Shown here: positions 59,620 through 64,000 of the stretch, in pieces
Position numbering within the stretch: position 1 is the first letter of the stretch
Layout: each line of letters starts with the position of its first letter
DNA from: Podarcis filfolensis
Lineage: Eukaryota
DNA length: 64,000 bases
NCBI GenBank assembly: GCA_964270895.1
Contig: OZ185441.1
Reading direction: 5' to 3' (one strand)
Notes under the pieces: generated by a model
Told to the model about the DNA's origin: nothing
The model's input: only the letters and a program-made list of their open reading frames with translations
Database searches by the model: none
Translations under genes and position numbers: made by a program

Positions 59620-60660
59620 TAGCACATTAGCAGGGCACGGGGCCGGAGCAGCCCTCTACACATGCTCAGAAACACTCCCTGACACCAGCACCGTCTAGCA
59701 TCGCATTCATTCACAGTTTGCTGCGGAGCCGAGATGTGGCTCAGCTTTATCCCCGTTATCGACCTTCTTATGGGCAACTTATAGGAAAGGAGTATGGACA
59801 CTTCCGAGGCAGAGCAGAAGGAGGAAAGGAAGAGGAACTCTGTCCCCACCGCGGAATATAAATAACTGCGCCAGGCACACGTGGAGGGCGCCGATTTCTA
59901 GCGTTTTTCCTGCTAAGGACGGCGCTGGGCTGAAGCGAAGCGCCGCGAGGGAAGCAAAGGGGCGCGCCTTTTTTCCCCCAAGTTCCCCCTGAAATGGGCT
60001 CCCGCCCCTCCGTCCTCTCTTCTCGGGACACCCGTCAAAAAAAGCTTCCCCGACACTCGCTTTAGGCGCCGACACAGGAGGGAGGGGAAGCGGGAAACAA
60101 GACAGAATGGAAACCGCCTCTAAAACCACCTAAAACGGCCGCTTCCGAGTGAGAAAAACATGCCCCCCTCAAAAAAAAAAAAACACCCAACCCCCTCCCC
60201 CTTCCCCACAAACCGCTCACCCAAAGCAAAAGCGAGCGCTGGAACGGCAGCTCTCGGGCGCCTCCGGGCACGCGCATTGATGCGCGAGGACACCGTTCGG
60301 AAACGTCACGGCAACCCCAACAAGCGTCGAACTCTGGAAGGAGGAGGGAGGGAGGGGGAAAGAGAGAGAAACGTCCCCCTCCTCTATTTTCTTGTAAGTG
60401 CGCACGCGCACGCCCCTTACCTGGCGCCTAGGAAACTCGCTTTTGGATTTCGGCGGGCGGGGTGGGGTGGGGGCAGGCGGAGGGCGGGATCGGGGAGGAA
60501 ACACATGCGAATTCTATTGGTTTACGAGAACGGAACGAAGGAAAAGCGCAGCGCTTCTCTGATTGGACGAAAGGGCGGTGACACGCTACTTTCAAACAGT
60601 CCGGGAAAGAGAGCTGTGGTGGAGTTTGCGGAGGTGACTTATAACGATCTCGCTGCGAGT
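59620..60660. promoter_or_regulatory. CEP192: CpG island / CEP192 promoter
   Basis: GC- and CpG-rich against a CpG-poor background. GGGCGG boxes at ~60455-60490 and ~60572; minus-strand CCAAT at 60516-60520 and 60562-60566; TTTGAA (CHR-like) at 60591-60596; TTTCCCGG (E2F-like) at 60601-60608; NRF1-like GCGCACGCGCA at ~60400-60410. Confidence 0.85.
60421..60510 (-). other. CEP192: Probable non-coding exon 1 of CEP192 (5' end approximate)
   Basis: Consensus donor CAG|GTAAGG at 60421/60420 inside the CpG island, downstream of two CCAAT boxes; TSS cannot be fixed from sequence. Confidence 0.65.
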
Positions 60661-61890
60661 CTGCTTACTTGTTATTTTATTTACAAAAACACCCAGGTTT
60701 CCCGGTCCTGTAGGTTTTTTTTTTAATACACTATATCATATACATAAAGTCACAAAGCGTTAGGCGACAGACTTACTCTCAATTTATCCTGCCAATAGGA
60801 AGGGGGGTACTGATTTGCTGTTTCATTTGTTTTACCCTTTATTTTATTCTGTCAACGGCCCTGAGATCTTATGATGAAGGGTGGTATATAAATTTAATAA
60901 ATAAAAATAATAGGTGATGCTGAGAATTATTTGTTCAAGACCACCCCCTGAAATGTCTCCTGCAGCTCCGTTCTAATGAATTACTGTAATTGGAATAGTT
61001 CAGTAATGATTACTGTAAATCAGCCTCATGACAGGAAGTGTGGCATGGGAACAGAATCAGCTGCTTAAACAAATTATTTTTTTTTTAAATCACTGAGGTC
61101 ATATGAAGCCTTTTGGGATTACTCAAGACAGCTCTTTGGACACACCCACCTTATCCAAGAGGGCAGAGGCTTTAAGGCAATTATACTGGATGTTCTTTGA
61201 TGACCATGGTATTGGAAGCATAATTTTATGCAGATTTATGTAGAAATCAAACAGCATCCTGCCCACAGCACACAGTGGGACTTCTGAGTCGCTGATGGAC
61301 TCACTATTAAGACCGTGTTCATGAAAGACAATCTTACCTTATCACCTTCGAGCGATAACCAAAACAGCAGTAGCAGCAGCATAGGATTTTGCCACATTAA
61401 TATTACTGCTTAGCTGCATCCAAAGCTGTAATCCTTACCCTTTACCTCAGACTTACTTCTGAACAGACATTGTGAAGACTGCAGGACGAGTTGTCTTTTT
61501 GCACCAAGGCAAATTGGGTAATTCTTTCATATTTCTACTTTACCTGAAAACATTTCTACAAGAAACATTCAATATTGTCAGCCTACAGAAAAGTCTGCAG
61601 TGCACTATTGTTGTTTACTGCCCACTGTAGGGTTCAAACCCATGACCCTGATATTAAGAGTCTCATGCTCTACAAATTATGCTACCTCTCTCTGTGGATG
61701 ATGTTATTTCAGATGCCGCATGCTATACCCAAGGTGGCTCAGGCCAGAAACAGAACAGGTTAAGGTGCACAGCATAAACCTATGGTCATAGGTGAAGTCT
61801 GACAGCTCCCTCTCCCCAATATTCACTTTTATACATTTAGAAATAAGTGCAACTTAAATAAAACCACCACGCGACATAATTTTCAATTTT

Positions 61891-62146
61891 TTTATTAACC
61901 TACAATTATAAAATAACGTAGTGTAAATATTTTTATGCAAGAAAGTGAAAATGTTTGCAAGTGACTAAACACACTACCCATTCTATACTGCTGCAGAATG
62001 CACAAATACTGCATTTTTACTTTAGCATTCCATTTCAGTACCAATGTCCAGGGCTGGAAAAAGCCTCAAGAATCTGGTTACTTAGAAGTTTGATGCTGGA
62101 GATTAAGATACCCCCCCCCCCCGCCACACAGTAGAACAGTTTTATT
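61891..62146 (-). terminator. SEH1L: SEH1L poly(A) signals
   Basis: Minus-strand AATAAA at 62141-62146 and 61891-61896 in AU-rich sequence downstream of the stop. Confidence 0.6.
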
Positions 62147-62495
62147 CAAGTTCTATTTAGTTTTAAGGACACATTTCCAAAAACAATGCAGGATACAAAC
62201 AAAATCTATTAAAATGAAAATAGCACAGTAGATTGAATACAAAAAAAATACAAAATTAAAAAATGGTGGAACAAGCACTTTGAACTTATCTGTTGTGTAT
62301 GACCCATACCTAATACTGCTTATTTGTTTCATCGTGGTTGAAAATGGATTGGATAGCAGAGCTAGCATTTGGTGCATAAGCGCTAGCACAGTGAATTCTG
62401 GTGGGAGAAAGTATGCAAAATAATAATAAGCAGACAGAAACGCAAGCATTTTACAAGCATCTGATTGAGGCCCTTAATACAGTTTTAAATGTGCA

Positions 62496-62685
62496 TTAAA
62501 CCCCTTCATGTTCCCGTAATAGGTTAAGAGGTCGAGAGATATATCGTCTGCGAGGGTGAGGATACTGGAGATTGGCAGTGGCAGCATCGCAAGAGTGCTC
62601 TATCAGAGGAGCAGGAGGTAGGAGCTGGGCATAACTGGACCATCTTGATCCAGCCCGTGGGGAATCCAGAGGGGGAAAGAAATAC
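62496..62685 (-). CDS. SEH1L: SEH1-like nucleoporin, alternative terminal coding exon of the long isoform
   Basis: (R)YFFPPLDSPRAGSRWSSYAQLLPPAPLIEHSCDAATANLQYPHPRRRYISRPLNLLREHEGV*, matching the recalled human long-isoform C-terminus. Preceded by a very long polypyrimidine tract and TTTTCAG; SEH1L-CEP192 order matches human. Confidence 0.92.
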
Positions 62686-64000
62686 CTGAAAACAATGAAG
62701 ACAGGAACACCAAAAAAGAAAAAAGGAAAAACAAGAAAAAAGAGAATAGTAGTAAATATGAGGAGAACCAAAGGGGAAGAGAAAAGACATGCTGGGGGGA
62801 GGCGGTGAAGGCTTTAGTAAATCCATGCCAAAAATAAAATATAATGGCCAAAATCATGTTTGCAATCAAAACAAAAATGGTTATGGCAGTCTGGAAACTA
62901 TTTGGTTTGAATACAATATCTCTAAATTAAGATATGCCTTATGTGCATTTTGCAAAATAATAAATTATCTGTAAATTAAATGAGTTCCTAACTATCAACA
63001 CGTTTGCTCTCTCCTTAAAACCATGTACTGTAACTCAATGTTTTTAGTAAACACTTGCAGAAAAACAGGCACACATTAATTATGCAGATATATTTATGCT
63101 GTATTTGCATCCACATTAACTTTAATGCAGATTTTATAGGACAGATGTGAAAAAAAACCTGTTTTTACAGTGCTTAGATTTCCACAATATACAATAAGTG
63201 ACTCCTTTTCCACTGAAATACAGTCTGGGTGCATATATACATAATTCTGGAGAAAATGTAGGATAAAACCAAATACATCTGGTAAATTAAAGGCTTAAAG
63301 AACTATTACATGTCACTTTTTATGACTTACCCGTAATATTAAAGACACCACTTTGTAATCTTTACAATCTTTGGAAATGTAGACAAATTTACAGAACAGA
63401 ATGGCAAAGTTAGTAGAATCTGGAGACAGGACATATTTAGAGCTACATTGACATGCCGCTATATAAAACAAGGCATTTTCTTGCCATGTCCTGATGAATG
63501 TTTGCAATAGGACACTGCTTCAGTCTGTTCCAGAGCAGTAACTCAACTGCACAGAAGCAGTGTGTGTCCTCACTATGTAATGCATGAAGCATCTTAAAGG
63601 CAATGGACAATAATTCCAGAGCAACTTGTCAATGCCACATGACAAACATTCATATGGATATGGTTCTCCACTACAATATTGTGACCAAAAGAAGTCTTGC
63701 TAATTATTCCATGGAATCATGCCACAGGAACATGCAACTATCAGGTAAGATCATTCTCACTAAAAGTATGACATTAATTAGTGTGGGGGCTTCTGGTGAT
63801 TTTTTTGTTTGTTTACTCTGAAATAGTATTTAATTAATTGTGAAGCAATTCCAAATTAAGATACTAACTGTACAACTGTCAAGGTACAACAATGCTTACA
63901 TTGCTTAGTTAAGTTTGCACACTGCAAATCCATTAACAAAAATGTAATGGTTAAGACTCATCTGAACAAAATGTAGAACAAAATCAATTATTCAAAGCAA

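Noticed and set aside
59414-59620. ORF in intron 1 starting ATGGAAGACT (MEDY...), the same 10 nt as the true CEP192 start
   Set aside because: Similarity stops after 10 nt, there is no convincing acceptor or donor, and the peptide does not resemble CEP192. Most likely chance.
60160-60726. 188-aa plus-strand ORF and overlapping ORFs in the CpG island
   Set aside because: Low-complexity GC-rich ORFs are expected in CpG islands, and there is no recognisable domain.

Overview
Vertebrate genomic DNA, most likely a lacertid lizard (inferred from Sauria SINEs and squamate-type TA-flanked MITEs). The window holds a complete CEP192 gene on the minus strand. I traced 46 coding exons from ATG 58630 to TAG 10686 with consistent GT-AG boundaries and phases: 7428 nt, about 2475 aa. 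A non-coding first exon and the promoter sit in a CpG island at about 59620-60660. The alternative last exon and 3' UTR of the upstream neighbour SEH1L (minus strand) lie at about 61870-62685. Positions 1-10200 look intergenic and repeat-rich. Most notable observations: (1) a 222-bp Penelope-type insertion with a 14-bp TSD carries a minimal type-I hammerhead ribozyme on the CEP192 sense strand, inside a fold-back that could silence it; (2) a young 5'-truncated LINE sits about 27 nt from a CEP192 3' splice site, and its (ACTG)n tail supplies branch-point motifs next to a sense AATAAA; (3) a second 50-bp LINE-tail footprint lies in the next intron. Also noted: a uORF over the CEP192 start codon and two candidate microexons. 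All homology calls are from memory of the families; no searches were run.
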